This document shows positions 47,617-57,417 of a stretch of DNA of 64,000 nt, piece after piece. Numbering within the stretch: the first letter of the stretch is position 1; each line of letters starts with the position of its first letter. The stretch is from an uncultured Gammaproteobacteria bacterium (GTDB lineage Bacteria; Patescibacteriota; Patescibacteriia; VMEV01; CAYQCH01): positions 31,830-95,829 of the forward strand of contig CAYGRO010000001.1 of assembly GCA_964352335.1 (NCBI GenBank). The letters are read 5' to 3'. The notes under the pieces were generated by a model. The model was not told where the DNA came from and searched no databases. It saw nothing but the letters and a program-made list of their open reading frames with translations. Both the position numbers and the translations under genes were made by a program.

Positions 47617-48250
47617 TGAAATCTCCGTTATCTGACCAGTCCATATTTCAGGACATCTTGGTCAACAGTTGCGTATGTCGAGAGAGCCCAATGCTCCCCC
47701 AACCCCTGGTGAAGCTAATTAACTCCGAAGTGGAGATTACTAACCCCGACCTCTTCAGCTAACGAGAATAAAGCTGAAGGGATCGGAGTTATCAGCTTGT
47801 CCGAAGACGAGCGGAAAACTCCTTACCCCAAAGTGTAATTGGAAAGAGCGCAGACTTTATAAATATAGAGTCTGTAATAGAAGTTTACGAGAAAGAAAAC
47901 TTGTATTACCCACCCTCAAAGCAAATTTTTTGGAAAAAAAAAAGAAGCTCACTGGTTGTCGACTGAAGAAAACCAGGGCCCTCCTCACATTCTTTGCTGA
48001 TCAGCAAAGTTATTCATTGCTCATAAAAGGCAGTCGACACCCTTCAATATGCAAATAGATAACTTCGCTTACCAGTCAATAATGTGAATGAACTTTCCAA
48101 AATTTGCTACGTGTTAAGTTAAATACTACCAGCACAAAAACTTGTTGTCAATATATGACAACAGTAATTAATTCTCCTAAATTTCTAGCTATCAACTCCC
48201 CGCAGATCGAAGCTTCAGCGAAGACGTGTGGATAACTTTTAGAAAATCGA

Positions 48251-48277
48251 AAAACTCCACATTTAAGGAGTTTTTTC
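48251..48277 (-). terminator. Terminator downstream of tRNA-Cys (AAAAACTCC…GGAGTTTTT)
   Basis: Hairpin followed by a T-run on the minus strand. Confidence 0.6.
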
Positions 48278-48287
48278 TTTATGATAT

Positions 48288-48362
48288 TGGAGGCTCGGGC
48301 GAGGATCGAACTCGCGAATAAAGGTTTTGCAAACCTCTGCCTTACCACTTGGCTACCGAGCC
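48288..48362 (-). tRNA. tRNA-Cys(GCA)
   Basis: Reverse complement GGCTCGGTAGCCAAGTGGTAAGGCAGAGGTTTGCAAAACCTTTATTCGCGAGTTCGATCCTCGCCCGAGCCTCCA, with U73. Confidence 0.85.
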
Positions 48363-48431
48363 TCTCATATCACAAAACAAGAGGAACATTGTAAAAGCTA
48401 CTATATCAAGCTCTGTGGTATTGATCAATGT

Positions 48432-49040
48432 TTATATCTTTAGCTCATCTAAAAGGTCTTGAATTGTCTCAAATACTTGAATTGGTTGATTTTGATAAGA
48501 TCTATCTACTAATTCTAAGGTGTCTAAATCTTTTGTTGTTTTTCTTTGATCGATTAAATCACCATTTAGATAAATTTGCTCTTCTAAAACACTTACATTG
48601 CCATAAAAGGTATTAAGCTTACTTGAAAGAACCCCTAGTTTCCCTTCTTCCGTATAATAATATTCTGTTTCTCGAATCCAGTCACTGGCTGGAGAAGTTT
48701 CAAATAAAGTAACATACCGAATACTCCCATTAAAATAATGTAGGCGTATTTCTGATACGATAAGATCTTGATCAACCGTTTCTTTCAACTCCCAATCAAA
48801 AAGGATGCTTCCAAAGAACTCTTGTGCATAAATAGCAACACGCTCTGGCTCAAGCACTCTATAATCTTGATATCCTTGGTAAACTAAATCTTTTTCCGAT
48901 GCATTTTCTTCTACTTGTTGCAAAACAATAATAGCATCATCTTGCATTTGCCCTTTTTCAATAACAGATAGTATGAGCGCTAATCCAGCAATTGCAATCA
49001 AACCAAAAATAGTTAAGATGAGTTCAAACTTCTTTTGCAT
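48432..49040 (-). CDS. Membrane-anchored hypothetical protein
   Basis: Signal anchor MQKKFELILTIFGLIAIAGLALILSV. Confidence 0.5.
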   Translation of the reverse strand: MQKKFELILTIFGLIAIAGLALILSVIEKGQMQDDAIIVLQQVEENASEKDLVYQGYQDYRVLEPERVAIYAQEFFGSILFDWELKETVDQDLIVSEIRLHYFNGSIRYVTLFETSPASDWIRETEYYYTEEGKLGVLSSKLNTFYGNVSVLEEQIYLNGDLIDQRKTTKDLDTLELVDRSYQNQPIQVFETIQDLLDELKI

Positions 49041-49108
49041 AAAACAAATTCGTGAATTTCTCTTAATATTGTAGCATAACAAAAAACGCCCCGCAGGGCG
49101 TTGATTGT

Positions 49109-49690
49109 TTATAATGTATCTACTCCTCGACCTAAACCATATCGGACAACTTCTACTTTAATATGACGTCGTCCCCATTGTTTAGCATCTGAAACTTCTT
49201 CCATCCAAATATCCAATGTTTTGGTATATCGTGGATTCATACGATCTTCTACACGGAAGACTTGATCACCGAAATGATCTGGAATACGTAATTTTGTTCC
49301 GATAGGAAAATAGTTTGAAGCAATCACACCTTCTCGAGTTTGTGTAAGACTGGCTGTTCGAAAAGGAGATCCATCTGTTTGACCAGGAACACTATTATAC
49401 GCTGAAGCCATCATATAGACAGTAGCAGCAGGTTCTTGGTTTAATCGTTCTTCTTCTAATTGCTTTTGCTTCTCTTCTTTTTCAGAAGCAGCAAGCATGA
49501 CAATTGATTGCTCTGGTGGACGAATATATTCTTTTCCAATAACAGGTGCATTTGTTAAGTCACCTACTGGTAACCATTTAGCCGCACTTGTTGTTTGAAT
49601 AAGAGAGAGTGTCCCCATTGTAATCCCTAAGATTACGAGAATAGCTTGTGTTTTTGTATAACCAGAAGTGTTTACTTCTAGTTTTTTCAT
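49109..49690 (-). CDS. 3D-domain (MltA/YuiC-like) cell-wall-binding/lytic protein
   Basis: C-terminal 3D domain pattern …ASAYNSVPGQTDGSPF…IASN…PIGTKLRIPD…. Confidence 0.6.
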   Translation of the reverse strand: MKKLEVNTSGYTKTQAILVILGITMGTLSLIQTTSAAKWLPVGDLTNAPVIGKEYIRPPEQSIVMLAASEKEEKQKQLEEERLNQEPAATVYMMASAYNSVPGQTDGSPFRTASLTQTREGVIASNYFPIGTKLRIPDHFGDQVFRVEDRMNPRYTKTLDIWMEEVSDAKQWGRRHIKVEVVRYGLGRGVDTL

Positions 49691-50022
49691 ACAATAACTT
49701 TCCTTGCCACCTCAGTATTGATTTCATCTAGAATCAGAATATACATTGAAATCTCCAAAGAGATGAGCTTAATGAATGCTTATCCTCTAGCACCTTATAT
49801 CGATTAAAGCATTGCTAATCAATGGCGGGTGATAGACGATTCGCTGAATAAAGACCTTAAACTAAAATGTAACCAAATTCAAGGTTACAAAAATAATGAT
49901 ACCATATTTTGATGTTTTTGTCAATACCTTCTGCTTACCAGCCTTTATTTATGGCTAATATTAGATAAAACAAAAAGAGAGAGGATAAACCTCTCTCTTA
50001 AAATATGTAGCTGAATATTCGT

Positions 50023-50730
50023 TTAAGCTTCGTGCGTCATCGTTGATACTCCTTTAATTGATTGAAGTGATTTATAAATCAAATAGCTATAAGCCACAGC
50101 AATTGGAGTCACAATGATATTGATAATTGCAGATGCAATAGCATTTAGAACCTCTGATTGCATAACCCCAATAATTCCTGCAAAAATTGCAGCGAGTAGA
50201 GCGATAACGAGGCCAAATAGAAACATTCTTCCAAAAATAGCCCACCAATACCCTTTTACTAATTCTTTACTTCTTTGAGCTGAATCCCATCCTCTTTTAT
50301 TTTCTAAGATTAAGGCGTAATTATAGAAACCTAATGCGATAGAAAGGAAGATTCCAGGAAGAATAAATAGGACAAATCCTACCATGATAACGATTACAAC
50401 CAAGATTGATGTTAATAAATAAGGCAAAAATAGCGCCTTGCTTTCAGTAAGTACTTTTTTCCAGTCTGTAATACCTTCATCTGCAACAGATTTGACCATT
50501 GAAATCGTCACCAATAAAGTAACAATAATGCTGGCAATCATTAATAAAATTGACAATGGAGCTAGTGCGGGCATTACAGCTAATAATACCACCCCAATAA
50601 GTTGAATAATTGCAGGCAGTGCTGCTAAAAGAAAGAATAGTTCCTTTCTTTTCATGACCATGTCTTTTGCACTTGTAAGAAGCTCTGAAAAACTCGGAAG
50701 TTTTTTCATTGTTTGTGATGTTTGTTCCAT
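50023..50730 (-). CDS. Polytopic membrane protein, hypothetical
   Basis: Six predicted transmembrane helices. Confidence 0.45.
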   Translation of the reverse strand: MEQTSQTMKKLPSFSELLTSAKDMVMKRKELFFLLAALPAIIQLIGVVLLAVMPALAPLSILLMIASIIVTLLVTISMVKSVADEGITDWKKVLTESKALFLPYLLTSILVVIVIMVGFVLFILPGIFLSIALGFYNYALILENKRGWDSAQRSKELVKGYWWAIFGRMFLFGLVIALLAAIFAGIIGVMQSEVLNAIASAIINIIVTPIAVAYSYLIYKSLQSIKGVSTMTHEA

Positions 50731-50772
50731 ACCCTCAAAATAATTAGTAATAAATAATAGATGTAGTTTACC

Positions 50773-51519
50773 TTATTTTTTTGCTTGTTTCCAGAGTGAC
50801 TCAAATGACTCTATATAGGACTTTGCAATTGTACGATTTTTAATTTGAATAATGATTGGTTCTTTGCCGTAGACTTCGATACTTACCATTTCTTGTGTAA
50901 TTCTATTAAACGTAGGTGTCGACAACCCTGCTTGCCAAGTTCTTACTTCATTCCCTGGCTCTGAATGGAAATGGTTACTAAACCGAGAAGTATACCCTTC
51001 TGGGGCAATCAGTTTTTTCTTCACTCCTTGGTCTAATGCCATTTTTTGATATTTTGGATACCATCCTCCAACTAGATCATAAAACTCTTTATCAGAAGCA
51101 CCTCCAATAATACGAATCACTTTATCTGTTCTGGCCGCAGACTGCACAGCTGTCTCTAATGTTGTAATGAGACCATTTTTTCCGTAGAGAATTTCAACAT
51201 GCACATCGTCTAAATTTTTTGCTCGCAATAATTCTAATTCCTCTATGGCCTGTTTAGCGATGCGTTGTTGTTTTTCTAATTGCTCTAAAATAATAGATGG
51301 ATCTGTTGCATGCCAATTTTGGCGACCGTTTTTCATGACCATGGCAGCCATGCGCATTGATTTTAGTTTTTCTAAAGATTGGTACACCAATTGCCGATGC
51401 AATTTTGTCTGAGTCACAATTGGACCAACTGTGGTCATCCCTTTTTTGAGCAAAGCGATATAAATCATAGCTTCTCGTTCCGGGATATTTAGCTGTTCTA
51501 ATAATTTTTGAATGGGCAT
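50773..51519 (-). CDS. TrmB-family HTH transcriptional regulator
   Basis: N-terminal wHTH …LNIPEREAMIYIALLKKGMTTVGPIV…. Confidence 0.55.
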   Translation of the reverse strand: MPIQKLLEQLNIPEREAMIYIALLKKGMTTVGPIVTQTKLHRQLVYQSLEKLKSMRMAAMVMKNGRQNWHATDPSIILEQLEKQQRIAKQAIEELELLRAKNLDDVHVEILYGKNGLITTLETAVQSAARTDKVIRIIGGASDKEFYDLVGGWYPKYQKMALDQGVKKKLIAPEGYTSRFSNHFHSEPGNEVRTWQAGLSTPTFNRITQEMVSIEVYGKEPIIIQIKNRTIAKSYIESFESLWKQAKK

Positions 51520-51615
51520 AAGAATACAATTGACGACTGACAATTAACCTTTAACAACAAGTCGTTGTCACTATTTGATGATTATAATTTATCACTTTGT
51601 AAATGAAAAAGCTAC

Positions 51616-52287
51616 TTAATCGATAATCGTAGAAACAAATACATTGTCGCAAGCTGGTTCATTGACCATACGTTCTTCTCCCGCTTCTTTAACAAATATT
51701 GGACCAGATTGATACTGCTTATCAATAGAATTAAATTGAAAATATTCAAATTTTACGCGATCATCAAAATTAAGGAAATTTCCTTGTTCAGGACTATAAT
51801 AGCCACAAGACTCTTGAACCCAGATACGATCGTTTTTATACACGAAAACTTTAAAAATACCTTCACCATTTTTATCCCCCAGTTGATCAACAACCCCCAT
51901 ACGAATAGTTCCCTTTTCTTCCCAAACTGCGATTGGATTATTTTTAGGTAGATCTTCTCCCGTTTCTACAATATCTTCAATTTGAGCAACTTTAATCCAA
52001 GCATCATCTCCACTTTCTTTTAGTAATCCTAAGAATTGTAATTTAAAGTCGTCAGACACACTTAGTGGAATTGTATCACTTGGTTGTTGAACCAATGCAT
52101 AGGTTTCCCCATTTACAGTAAATCTCTCTGTAACTTGAGCAGGGTCAATATCATCAAATGAGTCAATATTCAATGCAGTTTGATTTGAACTAGGTGTTAC
52201 CACCTCATTTGTTTTGGGTGATTTACTAAGACAGCCTGTTAATAACAATGGGGCAAAAAAAAGGAAGAAGTAAAATCGATTATTCAT
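51616..52287 (-). CDS. Lipoprotein, hypothetical
   Basis: Signal peptide plus LTGC lipobox. Confidence 0.5.
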   Translation of the reverse strand: MNNRFYFFLFFAPLLLTGCLSKSPKTNEVVTPSSNQTALNIDSFDDIDPAQVTERFTVNGETYALVQQPSDTIPLSVSDDFKLQFLGLLKESGDDAWIKVAQIEDIVETGEDLPKNNPIAVWEEKGTIRMGVVDQLGDKNGEGIFKVFVYKNDRIWVQESCGYYSPEQGNFLNFDDRVKFEYFQFNSIDKQYQSGPIFVKEAGEERMVNEPACDNVFVSTIID

Positions 52288-52435
52288 AAAAATGAGATAA
52301 TTTAGTTCTTATACAATAAGGGAAAAGGGGGCTATTCGTCCACTAGACAAAGTTTTTTTCGTATGATAATCTCTTACCAAGACGCAGAAATTGTGTTTTT
52401 TTCTTTCGAAAATTATCTCTCGAACAGAAAAGTAC

Positions 52436-52511
52436 GCGGGTATAATATAATGGTTCATTATGTCAGCCTTCCAAGCTGAACATGCGGGTTCGATTCCCGC
52501 TACCCGCTCCA
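52436..52511 (+). tRNA. tRNA-Gly(UCC)
   Basis: GCGGGTATAATATAATGGTTCATTATGTCAGCCTTCCAAGCTGAACATGCGGGTTCGATTCCCGCTACCCGCTCCA. Confidence 0.8.
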
Positions 52512-52560
52512 AGAAAATCACCCTTTGTGGTGATTTTTTTGTTGAAGGCTTTTTTCCTAG

Positions 52561-53280
52561 TTAGTAAAAGCTCTCGCTTTCTGCAACCCCAGGAAACTCC
52601 ATATAAGTTTTTTTCTTCTTTTTTGGATCAACATAGACAATAACTTGCATTCCGGGTTGAACGCCAAATGCACGAGGATCTACTTGTATGCGATCGCTTT
52701 TAAAAACCTGCTCTCGTTGACCAAGTAGATCTTTTGCATACACACGAAAAACGGTTTTGCGAACAGTCACCCCTGAATTACTCGCACTGATCATTTCTTC
52801 TTCAATACGTTCAATAATGGCATCAACTTTTGTTCCATCTTTTTTTATTTTGGTAATAAATTTCTTCCGCTTGAAAATATTGTAGATAAGAACAACATAC
52901 GTAAGCCAGACAAGTAGAGCTAATCCACCAACGACAATTGTTCCCGCCCAGAGCTCCCAAGTTGAATTAACTTTTGCATTTTTAGGATTACGAGGATTAA
53001 CAAGAATAGAGATAATTTTTCCTTGGATATACTTATGTCTATTTCCCGTGCCAGCATTCGATTCAAATTCTAACAATTGCCCTTCATATTCATACCCTAC
53101 CGTGGGTAAATATGTTGTTCCATTTTCTGATGAAGAAGATCGCACGGATAAAATTTCTCCTGAAGTCTCAATACCGGAGGAAACAAACAAAGCGCTCTTC
53201 ACAAAAAGATAGACCGAAGGAATTGTCAAAATAATGGCTAACACTAAGAAGCCATTTTTTATTTTACTTAAACTATTCAT
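52561..53280 (-). CDS. Membrane-anchored hypothetical protein (DUF3592-like)
   Basis: Two transmembrane helices flank a beta-rich domain. Confidence 0.4.
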   Translation of the reverse strand: MNSLSKIKNGFLVLAIILTIPSVYLFVKSALFVSSGIETSGEILSVRSSSSENGTTYLPTVGYEYEGQLLEFESNAGTGNRHKYIQGKIISILVNPRNPKNAKVNSTWELWAGTIVVGGLALLVWLTYVVLIYNIFKRKKFITKIKKDGTKVDAIIERIEEEMISASNSGVTVRKTVFRVYAKDLLGQREQVFKSDRIQVDPRAFGVQPGMQVIVYVDPKKKKKTYMEFPGVAESESFY

Positions 53281-53357
53281 AGGACCATTATGTGTTCATT
53301 GATCTTTGACCAAATGGAAAGATCATCCTAGAATCAGCATATCATTTATATAACATT

Positions 53358-53876
53358 ATGCCAGAACAAATCATTCTTGTAGATGAACAAGATAATCAAA
53401 TTGGAACAATTGAAAAACTGGAAGGCCATAAACAAGGTCTTTTACATAGAGCTTTCTCTATTTATATTTTTAATGACAAAAATGAGCTCATGCTCCAACA
53501 ACGATCAAAAACGAAATACCATTGTGGTGGAATTTGGACAAATACAACCTGTAGCCATCAAAGAGAAAACGAAGACCATGATTCTGCCCCTCACAGAAGA
53601 CTACAAGAAGAAATGGGTTTTGATACAGAACTTAAAAAAGTGACCGAACTTATTTACAAAGTAGATTTTGACAATGGATTAACTGAACATGAATATTTAC
53701 ATGTCTATATTGGAAGACACAATAACGCTCCAGTACTAAACCCAGAGGAAGCCGATGACTGGAAATGGATTTCTTTAGAAGATCTAGAAAAATCGATTGA
53801 TGCTGACCCAACCGCTTATAGTTATTGGATGAAAAAAACCTTGCCACATATTCATGAAGCACTAAAAACTCTATGA
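53358..53876 (+). CDS. idi: Isopentenyl-diphosphate delta-isomerase, type 1 (Nudix)
   Basis: …LLHRAFSIYIFNDKNELMLQQRS…K…GGIWTNTTCSH… and a Nudix box RRLQEEMGF. Confidence 0.8.
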   Translation: MPEQIILVDEQDNQIGTIEKLEGHKQGLLHRAFSIYIFNDKNELMLQQRSKTKYHCGGIWTNTTCSHQRENEDHDSAPHRRLQEEMGFDTELKKVTELIYKVDFDNGLTEHEYLHVYIGRHNNAPVLNPEEADDWKWISLEDLEKSIDADPTAYSYWMKKTLPHIHEALKTL

Positions 53877-54856
53877 AGTATGAATTGATATTGACATGGG
53901 CAAAAGAAATTGCAAGCGAACAACAATTCATTATAAAAAAAGAATTGTATCATGGTATTTACTATAAAAAAGACCATATTAGAAATATCATTTTGCTCGG
54001 AGAATATGATTCCAAACCCGCTGTTTTAAAAGTGTACAATGACCCTAGATTTACTGATGAGCCATCATCATTGCAGGCATTTTTACATAACAATACAAGC
54101 AAAAAATTACTCGCACCCCAATTATATGCATCGAAAGAATTAGACGAGCATCGTGGTTGGCTTATTATGGAACACCTAGACAATGGTTCTTTTTTAACAA
54201 CCCCACTCTTACATAATCAAAGACACGTATTTATTGATCTTTATTTGGAGTACAAAAAGCACTTCCCAAAAACACCCCATCGACCATTAACACAAATGGA
54301 AGAAAAAGATTCGTTAAACTACACAAAAGAAAAATTTGATTTATGGTTTACTGATTTTTTAAAAGCAGAAGCCCTTCGAAAGGAACAAGGACTCCCTTTA
54401 TTTAATACGATTGAATTCCAATCGATCTATAAAGACTGTCTCGGCTTTTTTGAACAATTCTATAAAGACATTCCATTAGAATGGGTGCATGGTCATTTTA
54501 AACCGCAAGAACTCTTTATTGCCAATACTGGTGAGGCTTATCTAACAGATTTTGCTCATACCAAAATGGTACCACGCGGATATGAACTAGCATTTATTAT
54601 CTGGGCAGATCAAATCATGTCACTTCCTGTTTCTACTCCTTATGAACAATGGAAAAGCGGGATTGATGATTGGGTTAAATTAGTTGCTCCACATCTAAAA
54701 ACAATCTTTTTAGACCAGAACCAACTTCAAGCCGCAATCTGTGAACGAATTTTAGGGACACTTTTACGTGATTTTGGGTCAAGTGACAAAAACAGCAATG
54801 AGATTGAACAAATGTTCCAATTGGGGATGCGCTACCTACAAGAAGTGGTAAACTAA
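53873..54856 (+). CDS. Phosphotransferase-family (APH-like kinase fold) protein
   Basis: …VHGHFKPQELF… and …LTDFAHT… are catalytic-loop and DFG-like motifs. Confidence 0.55.
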   Translation: MKYELILTWAKEIASEQQFIIKKELYHGIYYKKDHIRNIILLGEYDSKPAVLKVYNDPRFTDEPSSLQAFLHNNTSKKLLAPQLYASKELDEHRGWLIMEHLDNGSFLTTPLLHNQRHVFIDLYLEYKKHFPKTPHRPLTQMEEKDSLNYTKEKFDLWFTDFLKAEALRKEQGLPLFNTIEFQSIYKDCLGFFEQFYKDIPLEWVHGHFKPQELFIANTGEAYLTDFAHTKMVPRGYELAFIIWADQIMSLPVSTPYEQWKSGIDDWVKLVAPHLKTIFLDQNQLQAAICERILGTLLRDFGSSDKNSNEIEQMFQLGMRYLQEVVN

Positions 54857-54888
54857 TAGCATATCAAATTTATTATTCAGACAGCCCT

Positions 54889-55575
54889 ATGAAAAAGAAA
54901 AAGCCGAACCAGTTAGTTAATGTTCTTGTGAACATTCTTATTCCAACAGTCATTTTGGTTCGATTTAGCTCAGAGGCCTATTTAGGGCCAGCCTGGGGAA
55001 TTGTGGTCGCTCTTGCTTTTCCGATTGCTTACGGAATCTGGGATTATAAAAAAAATAGTGAATCGAATCTTTTTTCGATTATTGGAATCATTAGTATTTT
55101 TTTAACGGGTGGAATTGGATTGTTACAAATCCCAACAGAATGGCTGGCGATTAAAGAAGCTGGTGTGCCATTAATTTTAGGTACATTAATTCTAGTATTT
55201 AGAACAAAGTATCCATTTATTGAAAAATTATTGCATGAAGCAATTGACTATGAACGCGTTCATACAATCTTAGAAGAAAAACAAAAAATACCTGCATTCA
55301 ATGCACGTATTCGAAAAGGAACTTATGGTATCGCTGGATCCTTTTTACTCTCTTCTGTTTTAAACTATTTTCTAGCAATTACTATTGTCACAGCTGAACC
55401 AGGAAGTGAGCTTTACACCAGCCAATTAGGCAAACTCACGGGATTAAGTTATCCAATTATTGCCTTCCCCTCCATGATTATTATGGGTATCGCGCTTTTT
55501 TATGTGCTTAGAGGAATTACACTTTATACAGACCTTACCTTAGAAGAATTACTTACCCCTCCCAGTTCTCAATAA
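54889..55575 (+). CDS. Polytopic membrane protein, hypothetical
   Basis: Six predicted transmembrane helices. Confidence 0.45.
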   Translation: MKKKKPNQLVNVLVNILIPTVILVRFSSEAYLGPAWGIVVALAFPIAYGIWDYKKNSESNLFSIIGIISIFLTGGIGLLQIPTEWLAIKEAGVPLILGTLILVFRTKYPFIEKLLHEAIDYERVHTILEEKQKIPAFNARIRKGTYGIAGSFLLSSVLNYFLAITIVTAEPGSELYTSQLGKLTGLSYPIIAFPSMIIMGIALFYVLRGITLYTDLTLEELLTPPSSQ

Positions 55576-56175
55576 TCGTTTTTCTAATTTTTCCATTAAA
55601 CGACGATCTTTTTTTAAATAGATATATCCAAGTATTGCAACAACACCTCCACCAAGAGTATCAACAATCAAATCCCACATAGTATCAACCAGCCCTGATT
55701 TTTGCATATTGAATCCCAAAAACGAATCCACAGCAAATTCTACAATTTCCCAAGCAACACCAAGGGAAACAGAAAAAGCAAAAGCAAAAAGCCCTACAAA
55801 CCCAGGGCTTAATTTTATACGTACTTGATGAACATTTAATGCATGAACTAATGCAAAACCGACAAGCCCTAAAATGAATCCAGAAAGCACATGTAAAAAT
55901 AAATCCCACCAAGGAAAGAGAACATAAAAATTATGTAATTCACCTAAATAAAGTGAGAGCACTAAAAAGACTAAAACAACGAGTTCAAATTCTGAAGGGA
56001 AATTAATTCGATACCTCCGCTCTATGAAACTTGGAAGTATTGTTAAAAACAAAGTAATAAAAGCAATGGCAATATTAATCCAGTTTTGTGTAAAAATAGC
56101 TAAAGCCCCCGCACTAAGAAGCAGTAATTGAAAAATAAGCTGAAACCAAAATCGGATTCTATCTGCTCTTGTCAT
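55549..56175 (-). CDS. DUF2238/YjdF-like membrane protein (paralog of 61993-62604)
   Basis: Alignable with the protein encoded at 61993-62604 (…EIVEF…DT…DLI…G). Confidence 0.45.
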   Translation of the reverse strand: MTRADRIRFWFQLIFQLLLLSAGALAIFTQNWINIAIAFITLFLTILPSFIERRYRINFPSEFELVVLVFLVLSLYLGELHNFYVLFPWWDLFLHVLSGFILGLVGFALVHALNVHQVRIKLSPGFVGLFAFAFSVSLGVAWEIVEFAVDSFLGFNMQKSGLVDTMWDLIVDTLGGGVVAILGYIYLKKDRRLMEKLEKRLLRTGRGK

Positions 56176-56216
56176 GCTTTTCCATTTATACTATCAATGA
56201 TGACTTGATCATACCG

Positions 56217-56918
56217 CTAACTAAAATCGGCTGGTGAAAATAAGACAGAAAATGCTCTGCACCAAATTACAATACCAGCATATTCATCTATATTTACATC
56301 TGATGGAATACTATAATTTTGATTTCCAAGATTCCCTTTTAACGCACCAAGATCTAGAAAATCTGAACCAGGATTGTTAATATCTTTAACAAGATAGACA
56401 AATAAATCTGGTCCATTTGTTACACGAAAATCTTCAAGCCGAGCAATTTTTTCACCATCTGGTAATAAAACCACATGCGCTTCCCCACTTCCTTTATGAA
56501 AGCTATCTGCATTTACAAATGTACCGCTTTTTAACAGAACAGGATCTACTGCTGGTGTTTCATTCATTTTTTCTTTTGCTTCTTCACTCATTGCATCTTC
56601 CATTTCTTCATCTACTTCTACAGGTTCAAATCCAGACATTTTGTCTACGATAGATCGTTCAATTGATTCTTTTGCTTCATCTGAAAGTGCTTCAAATGTT
56701 TCTGCATCTGGTAATTCAACCATTTTCTTTAAATCATCCATTGTAACTTCTTTTGCCTTATTCATAACCCGATCTTTCATTTCATCAATACGAAGTGAAG
56801 ATAAATCTAAATCAGGAAATTCATCATTTACTTCTTTATCAAGAAATAATGGTGAAATGAGGTAATATGCCCCTCCAGCAATGATAATAAGGAGAATTAG
56901 GCCTATAAGTTTTTTCAT
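56217..56918 (-). CDS. DM13-domain protein, secreted
   Basis: C-terminal …FRVTNGPDLFVYL…DLGALKGNLGNQNYSIP…IVIWC matches DM13. Confidence 0.65.
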   Translation of the reverse strand: MKKLIGLILLIIIAGGAYYLISPLFLDKEVNDEFPDLDLSSLRIDEMKDRVMNKAKEVTMDDLKKMVELPDAETFEALSDEAKESIERSIVDKMSGFEPVEVDEEMEDAMSEEAKEKMNETPAVDPVLLKSGTFVNADSFHKGSGEAHVVLLPDGEKIARLEDFRVTNGPDLFVYLVKDINNPGSDFLDLGALKGNLGNQNYSIPSDVNIDEYAGIVIWCRAFSVLFSPADFS

Positions 56919-57001
56919 ATAAACGAAAATTAAATACTATTAATTGTTTAACTATACTATACCATTGTTCAGTTTAAAATACCTTTGTTACAATCAATCA
57001 T

Positions 57002-57412
57002 ATGAAAACAATTTATTTGAAAGCATTTATCATAGGATCATCCTTCCCTGTCATTTTTTGGCCACTATGTTATTTAGGGGTATTTAAGTATATTTACCCG
57101 GAATCAAGTTTTATCTATTCACTCGTACCGATTACCCTTCCCTTTATTTTTGGAGGAATGAATGTATTGCAATTAGCTATTGCCGGTCGCTTTAAAAAGA
57201 TAAAAACAACAACTCGTTATTGGATTGTCGGAACTCTCTATGGACTGGGACTATCGCTCTATGGAAATTTTGCTAAAAACATCCCAGTGGAGCTCTTTCA
57301 GTTTCCAGATACAGCAATTCAGTATACAATCATTCCTCTTGCGATGATTCTGTATGGATTGGTTTGGAGATACATTGTAAAAAATTTAAATCACTTATTC
57401 GAAATTGAATAA
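57002..57412 (+). CDS. Membrane protein, hypothetical
   Basis: Four predicted transmembrane helices. Confidence 0.45.
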   Translation: MKTIYLKAFIIGSSFPVIFWPLCYLGVFKYIYPESSFIYSLVPITLPFIFGGMNVLQLAIAGRFKKIKTTTRYWIVGTLYGLGLSLYGNFAKNIPVELFQFPDTAIQYTIIPLAMILYGLVWRYIVKNLNHLFEIE

Positions 57413-57417
57413 ACTCT

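Noticed and set aside
46661-47644. A second 327-aa ORF overlapping the high-GC gene in a different frame
   Set aside because: Its translation is R/P/G/H/D-rich low-complexity sequence, typical of an off-frame ORF in 60% GC DNA. The 46633-47616 frame has a balanced composition and a GGAG RBS.
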